This document shows, one piece after another, positions 1 to 12,000 of a stretch of DNA of 64,000 bases. The translations under genes and the position numbers were made by a program. The notes under the pieces are model-generated. The model had not been told where the DNA came from. It saw nothing but the letters and a program-made list of their open reading frames with translations, and did not search any database. This DNA comes from an uncultured Pseudomonadota bacterium (GTDB lineage Bacteria > Pseudomonadota > Alphaproteobacteria > Rs-D84 > CACZYB01). Each line of letters opens with the position of its first letter. The stretch's first letter is position 1. The DNA is taken from assembly GCA_902785275.1 (NCBI GenBank), contig CACZYB010000001.1, positions 64,001 to 128,000 on the forward strand. Direction: 5' to 3'.

Positions 1-2145
1 TCCACAAACTCCCACGCCGCAAAAAAGAAGAAAAAATCTTCTTCTACTGTAACAAACGCATGTATTGCATGCCTCAATTCATTCAATGCGGAAAAACTTG
101 ATTTCACAATTGATGCGGACAAATGTCCAAAACGTCTTGCAAGATGTTTCAAAAGTAATCAATCAAATAAATGCGAAAGCATTATCCAAGATTGTATACA
201 AACAAACTGTGCTTCTTCCGGTACTTGCAGTAACGAGATTGGAAATCGTTCTTTATTCGCCGGTTGTCTTAAAGCGGTAAACCAAGTTTTACCATACCAA
301 TGTGCAAGCTATATCGCAGGTTACGCTTCAAGTAAGGCCCAAGAAGAATTATCAAAGGTTGATGCACAGGAACGTGCAATAGAACAAAAAAAGCTTGAAG
401 TACAAAAGGCACAGGAAGATGCTAAACGTGCACAGGCACAAGCAGAAGAAAAGGCAAAGCTAGCCCAAGCTGATGCCGAAGTAAAAAAGAAACAAATCGA
501 AGAAGATAATAAGATAAAGCTTGAACAAGAAAAGGCTCGCCTTGAACAACAGGCAAAGGATGCCGAACTTGCACGTCAGAAAAAGGCTGCCCTTGAAGCT
601 CGCAACAACAAACCTAATGTAAAGTACAACAATTTATTAAACGATGTAAAACAATCAGTCACTTCTGCAAAAAATTTCACTACAAAGGCATTCAATTTGC
701 TTGGTATAACAAAAACTAATGATAAGCAAACTCAAGGATCTGTTATATTCTTCCCTCCACAAATTATAACAGTACCTGCAATCATGGCTTCAACCGATGC
801 AAAAACTCGTGCCCTTGTAAACAGCAGTCGTTATAAGACTGAACAAAATTTCGTATGTACAAAGGATACAAAAGAAAACTTTGTTAAAAACGAACTTAAC
901 AACGTTTACAATACAATTAAAAAAGCTCGTGATAAGCTTGAAACTGGCATTTCAGAGATTGAGGCAACAAATGCCGATGATGAAACAACAAACACAATCT
1001 CAGAATCAAAAATAAATACACTTTACCAAGCTCAAAACAAGCTTACTGAAATTATGGAAACTGTGGAAGGATACACATCCAAACTTAAAACAAATTGTGA
1101 AACAAGATGTGAAGGTCTATCCACAATGTCAAATTCTTCCTTTACAGTATCATCTTCACCAATCGAATTTGATGAAAACGGAAATATCATCGAAGAAAAG
1201 AAAAAAACAGAAGATAATAACGCATATTCATGTAAGGATTTAGAAAACGAAGTTTCATCCAAACAAAATGATATGGCTTCTGTCCTTGGCACTTCAACTG
1301 GTATGTCCGATATGTTCGGTGGTGTTGGTAAAAAGGTTACCGAACTTACAAAACGTAATACCGAAGCGGTTCTTTACACTGACCGACTTCTTGATGAAAC
1401 ATTAGTTGCTGTTCAAAGTGGTAAATTCGATGGTACATCATCTGATTACCCTGCAATAGATAGTTGCACCCAGTATATGGTTTTGGATATTGCACAATAC
1501 ACAAACTGTGCATCCAACGTTCTGGGTCAACAACTTACGGCACTTTCTGTTAATAAGGAAAATGACAGGATTAAAGAAGAACTTAACAGTAGTATTAAAA
1601 AGATTATCAAAACTCTTCAAAGTCCAAATTATGAAAAACAGTTGAAGAAGACAATATTGTATTGTTCTGGCTCATCAAAAACTACTGGTACAAGTTTGTA
1701 TGAAACAAGTTACAGCAATCTAAACGATTACGATGACTTCTATACTTGCACATTAAGTATAACAAACGCATTGAACGATGCAAAGAAGTCAAAAAGTGAA
1801 ACCGGAAAATTTAATTTCCAAATTGCAACTGCAACAGGTGATACTATATATCTAACAACCGGTGAATCTTTACCTGCAACTGAATTTGCAGAAAAGAAAC
1901 TCAATTGGGATGTTCAAAGTTGTAAATTAAGCATTACAAAAACCGGTGAAACAAGTTCTATATCATTCATAAGTGGTATTGGAAATAGTGTTGTTCCATT
2001 ACAAACTAACAACAATTCTAATAATGTTAATATGTACGAATCCAGATTGGAGTGCACATGTACTGGTGGTGCAAGATCTACACCAAACTTCCAGCAAATA
2101 AATATGGGTAATGTTTCTGCTGATTGCTCTGAATCACAAAAGTAA
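1..2145 (+). CDS. Cys-rich, coiled-coil hypothetical protein, probably secreted; 5' end outside the window
   Basis: Frame 1 is open from base 1 (STNSHAAKKKKKSSSTVTNACIAC...) into the tracked 697..2145 ORF. It has a Cys-rich N-terminal region and an EEKAK/QAEE-rich coiled coil. SHA-AKKKKKSSS looks like a signal-peptide cleavage site followed by a basic tract. Confidence 0.8.
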   Translation, partial: STNSHAAKKKKKSSSTVTNACIACLNSFNAEKLDFTIDADKCPKRLARCFKSNQSNKCESIIQDCIQTNCASSGTCSNEIGNRSLFAGCLKAVNQVLPYQCASYIAGYASSKAQEELSKVDAQERAIEQKKLEVQKAQEDAKRAQAQAEEKAKLAQADAEVKKKQIEEDNKIKLEQEKARLEQQAKDAELARQKKAALEARNNKPNVKYNNLLNDVKQSVTSAKNFTTKAFNLLGITKTNDKQTQGSVIFFPPQIITVPAIMASTDAKTRALVNSSRYKTEQNFVCTKDTKENFVKNELNNVYNTIKKARDKLETGISEIEATNADDETTNTISESKINTLYQAQNKLTEIMETVEGYTSKLKTNCETRCEGLSTMSNSSFTVSSSPIEFDENGNIIEEKKKTEDNNAYSCKDLENEVSSKQNDMASVLGTSTGMSDMFGGVGKKVTELTKRNTEAVLYTDRLLDETLVAVQSGKFDGTSSDYPAIDSCTQYMVLDIAQYTNCASNVLGQQLTALSVNKENDRIKEELNSSIKKIIKTLQSPNYEKQLKKTILYCSGSSKTTGTSLYETSYSNLNDYDDFYTCTLSITNALNDAKKSKSETGKFNFQIATATGDTIYLTTGESLPATEFAEKKLNWDVQSCKLSITKTGETSSISFISGIGNSVVPLQTNNNSNNVNMYESRLECTCTGGARSTPNFQQINMGNVSADCSESQK

Positions 2146-2331
2146 TTCTTTACTAAATTCTTTAAACTAATAAGATATCTTTTAAAACAAAGGTATCTGT
2201 TTTATATAGTAAAATTTACCAAAACCAATATTTACAATTAAACTATACAACCTAAAAAATAAACACGAATAAAGTCATCTATTTTACACAAGGAAAAACT
2301 TTATAAACCTTCATACAAACACAACACACAT

Positions 2332-2363
2332 AAAAAAACTCCCCATCAAACGATGAGGAGTTT
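2332..2363 (-). terminator. Rho-independent terminator of rpsA
   Basis: Hairpin ACTCCCCATC-AAAC-GATGAGGAGT with an A-run on + (U-run on -). Confidence 0.7.
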
Positions 2364-2379
2364 AATTTAAAAGGAAACC

Positions 2380-4092
2380 TTATTTCTTTGATTTCTTTTC
2401 AGCTTCTTTGATTGATGCGCCAAGGATATCACCAAGCAATGCACCAGTATCTGTTGAACCGTATTCTTTCATTATCTTCTTTTCTTCTTCTATTTCATAA
2501 GCACGAATAGATAATGTAAGTTGCATTGTCTTGTTATCAATAGCTGTAATCTTTGCATCAACTTTTTCATCAACAGCAAATCTTTCAGGTTTTTGTTCAG
2601 ACTTTGTCTTTGAAAGATCATTTGTTTTAATGAAACCAGGAAGTCCGTTAACATCAACTGCGATACCATCTTCTTTGATTTCTTTGATAACACAAGTAAC
2701 GATTTCACCTTTCTTAACACGGTCAAGAGAAGATGCAACACGGTCTTCTTTAAGTTGTTTAATACCCAAAGAAATTCTTTCTTTATCAGCATCGATTTCC
2801 AAAATCTTTGTATCGATTGTCATACCCTTTGAATAGTCTTTAACAGCTTCTTCTGGGTTTTTATCCCAATCGATATCAGATAGGTGAACCATACCATCCA
2901 AATCATTGCCAAGACTTACGAAAATACCAAATTCTGTGATATTTTTGATTTCGCCTTTGATAACATCACCAACTTTGTGTGTATCAGCAAAGTCTTTCCA
3001 TGGATTTGGTGTGCATTGTTTCAAACCAAGTGAAATACGACGTTTTTCACGATCAATTTCAAGAACCATTACATCAACTTCTTGGTTAACAGAAATTACC
3101 TTTGAAGGATGAACATTTTTCTTTGTCCATGAAATTTCAGATACGTGAACCAAACCTTCGATTCCATCATCAAGGTCAATAAATGCACCGTAGTCTGTAA
3201 GGTTAGTAACTTTACCTTTGTAAATCTTACCAACTTCGAATTTTTCAATATTTTCCCATGGATCATTTTCAAGTTGTTTCATACCCAATGATACACGACC
3301 TGTTTCTTTATCAAAGTTGATAACTTTTGTTGTAATCTTTTGACCAACAGAGAAAAGTTCATTAGGATTTGAAACACGTTTCCATGAAATATCTGTGATA
3401 TGAAGAAGACCATCAACACCACCAAGATCGATAAATACACCGTAATCAGTAATGTTTTTAATAATACCTTCCATTGTATCACCAATCTTAATATTTTTGA
3501 TGATTTCATCACGTTTTTCAGCTCTATCACCTTCAAGAATTGCACGATGAGACACGATAAGATTTGATCTTAGCTTATCCATTTTAATAATCTTGAATTC
3601 CATAGGTTTATTCATCAAAGCGTTAATATCTTTAACTGGATTGATATCAAGTTGTGAAGAAGGCATAAATGCAGGAATACCATCCAAATCAACAGTAAAT
3701 CCACCACGTACACGATCAGTAATCATACCTGTAATAATCTTGTTTTCAGCAACTTGTTTTTCAATTTCTTTCCAAACTTCTTCTTTTCTTGCTTTTTCAC
3801 GTGAAGCAATAAGAAGACCATCACGACCTTCGTATCTTTCAACATAAACGTCAACGATATCGCCAACTTTTATTTCATCATTTCTGAATTCACGAATGTC
3901 AATATGACCTTCTGATTTTGAACCAACGTTTACGATAACGAAGTCTTTTTTAATATCAACAATTGTACCCTTTGTAACATAACCTTCAAGTTTAGAAGCT
4001 TCTGTATACATAGAATTAAATAAATCAGCAAAGTTTTCACCAGTAGAAAACAATTCTGCATCTGTATCGAAAATAGTTTTTTTAGCTTTCAT
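2380..4092 (-). CDS. rpsA: 30S ribosomal protein S1
   Basis: Six S1 repeats (e.g. GIIKNITDYGVFIDLGGVDGLLHITDISW), 570 aa, lies downstream of cmk. Confidence 0.98.
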   Translation of the reverse strand: MKAKKTIFDTDAELFSTGENFADLFNSMYTEASKLEGYVTKGTIVDIKKDFVIVNVGSKSEGHIDIREFRNDEIKVGDIVDVYVERYEGRDGLLIASREKARKEEVWKEIEKQVAENKIITGMITDRVRGGFTVDLDGIPAFMPSSQLDINPVKDINALMNKPMEFKIIKMDKLRSNLIVSHRAILEGDRAEKRDEIIKNIKIGDTMEGIIKNITDYGVFIDLGGVDGLLHITDISWKRVSNPNELFSVGQKITTKVINFDKETGRVSLGMKQLENDPWENIEKFEVGKIYKGKVTNLTDYGAFIDLDDGIEGLVHVSEISWTKKNVHPSKVISVNQEVDVMVLEIDREKRRISLGLKQCTPNPWKDFADTHKVGDVIKGEIKNITEFGIFVSLGNDLDGMVHLSDIDWDKNPEEAVKDYSKGMTIDTKILEIDADKERISLGIKQLKEDRVASSLDRVKKGEIVTCVIKEIKEDGIAVDVNGLPGFIKTNDLSKTKSEQKPERFAVDEKVDAKITAIDNKTMQLTLSIRAYEIEEEKKIMKEYGSTDTGALLGDILGASIKEAEKKSKK

Positions 4093-4353
4093 AATTTATT
4101 TTCTTTAAGATGTTGGCCTACACTTTTTCATAAAAAGCTCGGACTTGTATGGTTAATATTCATTTGATTTACAGCATACCCTTATAAAACAAATGCCCTT
4201 TTTAATCAAAAAGGTACCGGCATTTTAAACCGATTCTCTTAATAAGTCAAGAAAAAAGCTACTTTATTCAATAACTAAAGCTATAAAGTATTTACAAAGA
4301 AAAAAAATAATCCCCATCGTTAAAGACGGGGAATTCATTTGATAAATAAAAGC

Positions 4354-4563
4354 TTATCTGCTCAAAGAATCTGAGGCAAAGTTTTCAACATATTTATTCC
4401 AATTTGCAACAACTTCACCATTTGTCTTTCCAGAAACTACTTTCATACCTGAATGTGTATTAAACATAATTCTATCACACATAACAGTACAGCTATTAGA
4501 TGATTGATTTACAAATGGTACACTACCACAACATGGACATGGTTTAATGTGAATACTTTTCAT
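4354..4563 (-). CDS. Lar (restriction alleviation)-like small Zn-finger protein
   Basis: IKPCPCCGS...VMC...VVANWN matches the Lar-family pattern (LKPCPFCG...AIAAWN). It has an AGGA RBS and its own terminator at ~4311-4332. Confidence 0.6.
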   Translation of the reverse strand: MKSIHIKPCPCCGSVPFVNQSSNSCTVMCDRIMFNTHSGMKVVSGKTNGEVVANWNKYVENFASDSLSR

Positions 4564-4661
4564 TTTTTAGTCCTTTCACTAAATTAAACATTAACATAAA
4601 ATATATACAAAAATTTTAAAAAGTCAATTTTTTTTTAATTCACTTTCATAAATAAAACTTA

Positions 4662-5357
4662 TTAAACTAAAGTAATCTTAAGTTTTTCATCAATAATTCT
4701 TTTAGCAAATTGGAATGTTTCCTCTTTATTATTCAAAGATGTATCGATAAGTATAGCATCATCAGCCTGCTTCATAGGACTTGTTGCACGAGTTCTATCT
4801 GCCTCATCCCTTGCGATAATAGATGCAAGAACTTCTTGATAACTTGCAGATTCACCCTGATCCAAATATTGTTTCAATCTACGGCTTGCCCTTGTCTCTG
4901 GCGATGCAGTAATAAAGAATTTTATTGGTGCATTTGGGCAAATTACTGTTCCAATATCCCTACCTTCAATAATCGCACCTTTTGCAGGACGACCATCCTC
5001 TAATGCAGGAGGATTCTCACCAAAACTTATCTGATATTCACGCATAATTGCACGAATTTCAGGAATTTTTGCAACAGAAGCAACATATTTATTTGTAAGT
5101 TGTGAACGTATCTGTGGATTTCTTGCATAATCCAAAATCTTATGAGTATCAGAAAGTTCACGAGTAAGATTTATTGCAAACTCAAGATTAATATTATCCA
5201 TATCGTGTTTTTTTTCAATCATACAAAGAGTAATTGCACGATACAAACTTCCTGTATCAAGACCGGCAAAACCATAATAATCACAAAGTCTTTTTGTTAA
5301 AGTTCCCTTTCCTGCACCTGCAGGTCCATCAATTGCAATTATATTTTTATTTGCCAT
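4662..5357 (-). CDS. cmk: cytidylate kinase
   Basis: IAIDGPAGAGKGT P-loop, LDTGSLYRA, EGRDIGTVICPNA. Confidence 0.97.
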   Translation of the reverse strand: MANKNIIAIDGPAGAGKGTLTKRLCDYYGFAGLDTGSLYRAITLCMIEKKHDMDNINLEFAINLTRELSDTHKILDYARNPQIRSQLTNKYVASVAKIPEIRAIMREYQISFGENPPALEDGRPAKGAIIEGRDIGTVICPNAPIKFFITASPETRASRRLKQYLDQGESASYQEVLASIIARDEADRTRATSPMKQADDAILIDTSLNNKEETFQFAKRIIDEKLKITLV

Positions 5358-5428
5358 AATCTACACCTTTCTTCTTGTTAAAAAAAATACCTACATAAAA
5401 AATGTAGGCACTTTAAAATTTTAAACTC

Positions 5429-6679
5429 CTACACAACCTTTTTATCAGTATCATCGTTTTGATAGATTATAATAGGATTTTTATCTTTTTCAACAACTTC
5501 TTTATTTATTACAACTTTTTGAATATTTTTATTGTTTGGAAGATCAAACATAGTATCAAGAAGCAAATCTTCGATAATAGAACGAAGACCACGAGCCCCA
5601 GTCTTTCTCTTTATTGCCTTATCCGCAATAGCTTCCAAACTATCATCAGTAAACTCAAGTTCAACATTTTCCATCGCAAACAAAGCCTTATATTGTTTAA
5701 TAAGAGCATTTTTTGGCTCAGTCAAAATAGAACACAATGCTTCACGGCTAAGTTCATCCAAAGTAACAATAATTGGCATACGCCCCATCATTTCAGGAAT
5801 AATACCAAATTTAATAATATCTTCTGGTTCAATTTTTGAAAGAAGTTCTGAAACACTACGTTCTTTTTTCGATGCAATACTTGCTCCAAATCCCATAGAT
5901 GTTTTTTCAGTTCTACGTTCAATAATCTTATCAATACCTTCAAACGCACCACCACAAATGAAAAGTACATTTGATGTATCAAATTGAATAAATTCTTGTT
6001 GAGGATGTTTTCTTCCGCCTTGTGGTGGAACAGAAATCACCGCACCTTCAATAAGCTTTAAAAGAGCCTGTTGCACACCTTCACCACTTACATCACGAGT
6101 AAGAGATGGGTTATCAGATTTTCTTGAAATCTTATCAATTTCATCAATATAAACAATACCCTTTTGAGCCTTTTCAACATCATAATTTGTTGCCTGAAGA
6201 AGACGAACCAAAATGTTTTCCACATCTTCACCAACATAACCCGCTTCGGTAAGGGTTGTCGCATCGGCAATAGTAAATGGCACATCCAAAACCCTTGCCA
6301 AAGTACTTGCAAGAAGGGTTTTACCACTTCCTGTTGGACCAATCAAAAGTATGTTTGATTTTTGAATTTCCACATCATTCTTCATTGCTGAATTATAAAG
6401 TCTTTTATAATGATTATACACAGCCACAGACAAAACTTTCTTTGGTTTTTGTTGACCAATAACATAATCATCAAGATGTTCCAACATTTCCTGTGGTGTT
6501 GGGTTTTCTGATGTGTTTTGAGTAATTTCCTTTTGTTTTTCTTCCTTAATAATACTCATACAAAGGTTGATACATGAATCACAAATAAAAACATTTGGAC
6601 CAGCAATAAGTTTTTTCACCTCATGTTGTGATTTTCCACAAAAAGAGCAATATTTTATATTTTTTGTTTCTTCAGTCAT
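5429..6679 (-). CDS. clpX: ATP-dependent Clp protease ATP-binding subunit ClpX
   Basis: CSFCGK Zn finger, [30 protein letters not shown]. Confidence 0.99.
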   Translation of the reverse strand: MTEETKNIKYCSFCGKSQHEVKKLIAGPNVFICDSCINLCMSIIKEEKQKEITQNTSENPTPQEMLEHLDDYVIGQQKPKKVLSVAVYNHYKRLYNSAMKNDVEIQKSNILLIGPTGSGKTLLASTLARVLDVPFTIADATTLTEAGYVGEDVENILVRLLQATNYDVEKAQKGIVYIDEIDKISRKSDNPSLTRDVSGEGVQQALLKLIEGAVISVPPQGGRKHPQQEFIQFDTSNVLFICGGAFEGIDKIIERRTEKTSMGFGASIASKKERSVSELLSKIEPEDIIKFGIIPEMMGRMPIIVTLDELSREALCSILTEPKNALIKQYKALFAMENVELEFTDDSLEAIADKAIKRKTGARGLRSIIEDLLLDTMFDLPNNKNIQKVVINKEVVEKDKNPIIIYQNDDTDKKVV

Positions 6680-6752
6680 TTCAAATCCTTTGTAATTTTC
6701 AATATTTTTCTATTATATTTTAAAATCCAAAATTTTTCAAATAAATTATTTT

Positions 6753-8444
6753 TTATGGTTTCTTTGGGCCATCTTTTGCCATTTTTTCCATTAATTCAAA
6801 ATATTTACCAAACGAAGATTCTTCTTCGGCACCCTTTCCTTCAATTTTACTTTTTTCGCTAATAAAGTTATCTTTACTTCTAAGCAATGCTTCAACAATC
6901 GCATCAATATCGCCATCGGTATAGTCAAAGTCATACTTTACATCAATAGCAGTCTCAAAACCATTTCCTTCACAATTAAATTGATCCACAGTTTTAAGTT
7001 TATTTACAGTATCTCTTAAATCACTAACAGCAGGTATTTCAATCAAATTTGGCAAATCATCTGGACGTTTATTCATTGCATAAACCAAAATTTTCTTAAG
7101 ATTTGTAATAATCTTTTTATTTTCACTTTTCTTAAGAAGTTCCGTTTTATTTTCAATATATTTCTCAAGCTCAGCAACCGCTTTATCAAGATTTTCCAAA
7201 ACAGATTTTACATTATTTGTAACTGTATCCACATCCCCAGAACAAGAGTTAAGAATTTTTTCATCTCTATCTGCCTGTGGATAAAGATTCTTTCCAGACT
7301 TATCAAGAAGCCCCGACTTTTTCAAACGTTCTGCCTTATCTTCTGATACAAGAGCAACAGTATTATCAACAACGAAATCAAATACACCTTTAAGAATACC
7401 TTTCTTTGCAACTGCACGTTCCAATGATGATCTGTTATCAACAAGTTCAAACGAAGTATCTTCCATATCAGATGTAAAACTCTTTCCACATGCAGTTTCA
7501 CCCTCTGTCACAAAAGTATTTGCAATAGTAACCAACTCTCTTGGATAAGTATTGGATTTCATATTAAGTTTCAAATCGGCAAGCTTACCAATCTGCCCAA
7601 CATAATTCCATGTATTGTCGCCAACATTCGCAAACAAACTTGCAACCGTAGATGAAAGTTTTTTCTTTCCTTGGAAACCATCTGAATCAAATGCAACGGT
7701 GCCATCAGAAGAAATTTTTCCCATACCAAAATATGTGTTCATATCTTCTGTACTTAAATCATCAAGTGCAATAGTTTTGTATTTTTTAAGTATTGCATCA
7801 CGACCACAACGTTCATCAATTCCTTTATCCAAATCAGAAATTTTTGATGCACTAAAAATTCCACCAACAGATTGATTCTTTTCCGCCTCAATATATTGGA
7901 AACAATCCTGTGCCGCAGAATATTTTGCCATTGCCATATTACAATTTTTTCTGTCCCTTACACTGCTTTCAGAATACAAATCCCAAAGTCCATCCAAAAG
8001 TTCAGATTGAAAGGCCGCACAAAAAGTACTTAAATTTTTTCCACTACAACGTGCACCATCAACATCCGCCGAAACACCGGACAATGCTGACAAATCAAAA
8101 TTAAAGGAAAGTTCCACCTTAAGCTTGCTTTGGCAAGAATAACTTTTACAATAAACTTTCAATGCATCAGCCATAGCCAAAGCGCACAAACGTTTTGCCG
8201 AAGCATTTGTTACATCCGCAGGCACACCACAACTCATCTTTGAAGAAGCGTCTACTTTATATGCTTCACGCACAGTCCCAGAAAATTTATTTGATTGAAC
8301 CTTTCCAGAAATATTTTTCACAGATACAGATCTGCTACTTCTCCCACTTGCACGCGAAGTTTTCTTCGTCGCACAAAAAGCCCTGTCCTCCTTCACTACA
8401 ACAAAGCCACACAAAATAAGCAATGTGAAAAATACTTTTCTCAT
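6753..8444 (-). CDS. secreted Cys-rich hypothetical protein, paralog family A
   Basis: N-terminal signal peptide and basic Ser-rich tract; shares blocks (NCxxA...A..CF; SSLER...KGILKG...ED.A) with 13026..14027 and 14045..15493. Confidence 0.8.
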   Translation of the reverse strand: MRKVFFTLLILCGFVVVKEDRAFCATKKTSRASGRSSRSVSVKNISGKVQSNKFSGTVREAYKVDASSKMSCGVPADVTNASAKRLCALAMADALKVYCKSYSCQSKLKVELSFNFDLSALSGVSADVDGARCSGKNLSTFCAAFQSELLDGLWDLYSESSVRDRKNCNMAMAKYSAAQDCFQYIEAEKNQSVGGIFSASKISDLDKGIDERCGRDAILKKYKTIALDDLSTEDMNTYFGMGKISSDGTVAFDSDGFQGKKKLSSTVASLFANVGDNTWNYVGQIGKLADLKLNMKSNTYPRELVTIANTFVTEGETACGKSFTSDMEDTSFELVDNRSSLERAVAKKGILKGVFDFVVDNTVALVSEDKAERLKKSGLLDKSGKNLYPQADRDEKILNSCSGDVDTVTNNVKSVLENLDKAVAELEKYIENKTELLKKSENKKIITNLKKILVYAMNKRPDDLPNLIEIPAVSDLRDTVNKLKTVDQFNCEGNGFETAIDVKYDFDYTDGDIDAIVEALLRSKDNFISEKSKIEGKGAEEESSFGKYFELMEKMAKDGPKKP

Positions 8445-8450
8445 ACTTAT

Positions 8451-8479
8451 ATTATACTATATTTTTCAAAACAAGCCAA
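8451..8479 (-). promoter_or_regulatory. sigma70 promoter, probably giving a leaderless mRNA
   Basis: TTGGCT-17 nt-TATAAT-6 nt-ATG(8444), with no SD. Confidence 0.55.
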
Positions 8480-8487
8480 GAGGTTTT

Positions 8488-9090
8488 TTAGAAATTATTG
8501 ATTTCTTTTAACGCAAGTTTTATAAGGTCATTCATGGAAATCATTGGATTTTCATTCACGATTTTCATAACAGTAGAAAAACTTTGTGATCGTGTATACC
8601 CAAGATTCGAAAGCGCAGAAATTGCATCCTCAGTAACACTATCGTTTTTCATTTCTTTTGAAATATTTGCAAGCTCTATATTAACATTTGCCTTACCAAC
8701 CTTGTCTTTAAGTTCGGTAATAATTCGTTCCGCAGTCTTTTTTCCAATACCATTTGCTGCAGTAAACAAAGCCACATCTCCAGATAAAATTGCCGAAGAA
8801 ATCTGCTCCGGAGAAAGAGCAGAAAGTATCGAAAGTCCAGCCTTAGGTCCAATACCTTGAACCAAAGTCAAAAGGTTAAAATAATCATGCTCCGCCTGAG
8901 TTGCAAAACCATACAAAGTTATCGCATCCTCACGAACAACAGTTTCAATCCAAAGTGTTGCCGGCACACCCACGCTTAATTTTGATATAGTTTTAGTTGG
9001 CACAAAAACACCATACCCAACCCCACCAACATCGATAATAACCTGTTGTTCAAAAATAGTATCAATCACACCCTTTAACTTTGAAATCAT
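8488..9090 (-). CDS. ruvA: Holliday junction branch migration protein RuvA
   Basis: IIDVGGVGY, VREDAITLYGF, VQGIGPK, GIGKKTAERIITELK, ALSNLGY. Confidence 0.98.
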   Translation of the reverse strand: MISKLKGVIDTIFEQQVIIDVGGVGYGVFVPTKTISKLSVGVPATLWIETVVREDAITLYGFATQAEHDYFNLLTLVQGIGPKAGLSILSALSPEQISSAILSGDVALFTAANGIGKKTAERIITELKDKVGKANVNIELANISKEMKNDSVTEDAISALSNLGYTRSQSFSTVMKIVNENPMISMNDLIKLALKEINNF

Positions 9091-9093
9091 TTT

Positions 9094-12000
9094 TTAATTC
9101 CTTTTCAATTTCTTTGCACAATCACATATATTAGAACATGTTCCAGCACTTACTGCTTCATAAGAATATCTTAACATTTTTGCCATTGTTTGACTTGACT
9201 TTTCAGTTCCGCACATTTTTGTAAGTTCAGGAGATTTATTATTAACCTTACAATAATTAATCAACACATCAAGAGGTTCCATAATTTCAGTTGGCACACC
9301 ATTTTTCTTACAGTAAGAAATATATTTATCACCATCAAATACATAACTCGATACAGTTGATTGAGCTTGTGCTTGCCCCGGTGCAAGTCTCTGTTCTTCA
9401 CTAGCAGACACAGAAGTCGACCCCACAGCAAATTCTTTTTTATTTACAAGATTACATATTCCATTTGCCTTTTGATTTATATATGAAAAACCAGCTTTTT
9501 CCATACATGTTTTTGCATCCAAATTCAAAGATCCAGGGCTTGGTACCCCCAACTTTTCATAATAAGCCTTACATGTTACCTGTTTTATTAAGCTCTCACA
9601 ATCACTTTGCTTTTTCATCTTATTTTCAGGCAAAGAAATATCCTTGGTAATACCATAAGCTTCCACTTGTTGTGAAAGAAAATCTGTACACCATTTACTT
9701 TTCATTCTTTCATCACATAATTGCTTTATATTGGAATTTATACCATTAACAATTACATTGATATCAAGGTCCCTATTCGCAAGAACATTTCTTTTAAATT
9801 CTTGCTTAAAGCTATTCTTTTCTTCTTCATCTGTGATACATGCAAAATCAATATTACTCATTGCTTCTGATATTTTTTTATCAAGACACTCTTTTTCTAT
9901 CTTTTTATTTATATCAGTTACAAAAGCATCAATCTGACTAATATTTTCATTTGCTTTTGCCTTAAACTGAGTTATTACTTTCTTTTTATAAACTTCATCA
10001 TTAGCAAAACATTCAAACTTTATTTGCTTTTGTTTTTCAATAATTTTTCTTCTATCACTTTCCGCATCCACCGCATTCTTACATGCAATCAAATAAGACT
10101 CATTTGCAACATCAATCGAACCAATATTTTTAGGTACAAAATTAGGATTTCCTAACTTTAACTCAACATACTTTTTACAGTTTTTATCGTTCATATTAGG
10201 TACACATTTTTCAGTATAATCCGAAATAAATTCTGAACTATTTTCTTTAAACAATCCAAGCATACCCTTAATATTTTCATCCATCGAATTTTTAATTTTC
10301 TGCTCAAATGTTTCACACTTCTTACGTGCACAAACTTGATCAACATCATTCTGGGCAGTTCTAAGTTCTTCCAAAGATGTAATTTTATCATTATAATCAT
10401 TTTTATTTGGCAAACATTTTTTATCCAAAGAGTCAAAAAGACATTCTTTCAACTCCTCATACAAACTCTTACTATTCTTTCCAATCATAGAATTATCTTT
10501 GTTTGCAACATACCCAAATTTATCAAGTTGAGCTGCTTCCGTAACAATCTTTCCATTCTTCAATTTATATTGAGAAATCTCATATGATTGATCAGAAGGA
10601 ATAAAGAATTCACGATAATCTTTTTCCCACCAAGATTTTCCCTTTGGACATTTATCCTGTAAACTTTGAATATACATACGCATATTTTCAATATTTTTCT
10701 CTGCCTGAGGAATAATAAATTTCTCCAAACATTTTTCCCAATTTGAATAGCTTTCTATATTAGAAATTTTCTCAGGATTTTTCACAAATCTTTCAACAGT
10801 ATTCCAATCCAAAGAATTCCTAATATTTTTACAGAATTCATTTGACTTAAAATGTTTATTAATATTCATAACACGTGGACCAGAAGAATAACCCAAAGTC
10901 ATATATACAAAACCTCTATCTCCATCATATGTTTCATAAACAATCTTATCTGTATTGAAATGATTATTAACATCTCTACCATAGATAGCCAATTCCAAAT
11001 TATTAATCGCATCCATTCTGTTCTTTAACTTACTAAAGATAGAATTCAATTTTGCAACAATATCCAAACTTTTTTCTTGTTCTTCTGCTTCTTTTAATTT
11101 TCTTACATTATCATCTGCAATAGCACTTTGTGCATTTATTTCTTTAATCAAATCATCAAAATTTTTATCATCCAATTTTGGTTTCTTAACAAATTCTTTA
11201 TGACGAACCAAATCTTCAGGGAATTGATTCCCTGTTTTCTTTTTCTTCTCATTTATTGAAACTATTTCTTTATTCATATTACTCAAATCAACACCAGTAT
11301 CATCCGGTTTATAACCAGCAACTGTTCGTTTAGTATAATGATTAATAGCTTTCTTTTCCGTCTCCAACTTATCCATAAGTTGTCCCCAAGCAACATCAAA
11401 TTGTTTCTGTCTTTCTTTTGCTTGCTTTTCCTTATCTTTTGCATGCTGATCTACAATCTTTTTTAATTCAGTATTTATATATCTAACCTTTTCAATTTCC
11501 AAATCCAAAGCAGCTTTCTTACATGCAAAATCATTTCCACAATTTTGAATTTCTTTATTTATATCACCATTTGTAACAGTTTTTCCATCCTGTCCTTTGA
11601 ACTTAGTACTAAAGGCTTGTTCTTTACCAATTTTTTCTTTTGCGATTACCAAACGATCATTCAAAGGATCAACCGCATCACCAAAATCGTTAACTTTAAC
11701 TTCTGGTTTTTCTGAAACAATATTCTTTAATAATCCAGCTTCTTTTATCTTTTCTGTAAATAAGTCATTCATTAACTTATCAAGTTCAGCTTGTTCCGCA
11801 CCATTCTTTGCAGTAATCAACTTGTCCGCATTATCATTTGCAACGTTTATTTCTGTTTCAAGGTACGATTTCAACTTTACAAAATCATCATCGGAAATAT
11901 CTTTCAATTCAGGCTTTTCGATAACATTTTTTTTATCATCCTTATCTTTATTATGAGAAATAAGTCCAAGATTTTTATCTGTATTTTTAATTGCAGTATT

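Noticed and set aside
65-280. 71-aa ORF, and the start at 697 given in the ORF track
   Set aside because: Frame 1 is open from base 1 to 2145, so 65..280 is an out-of-frame shadow and 697 is an internal codon.
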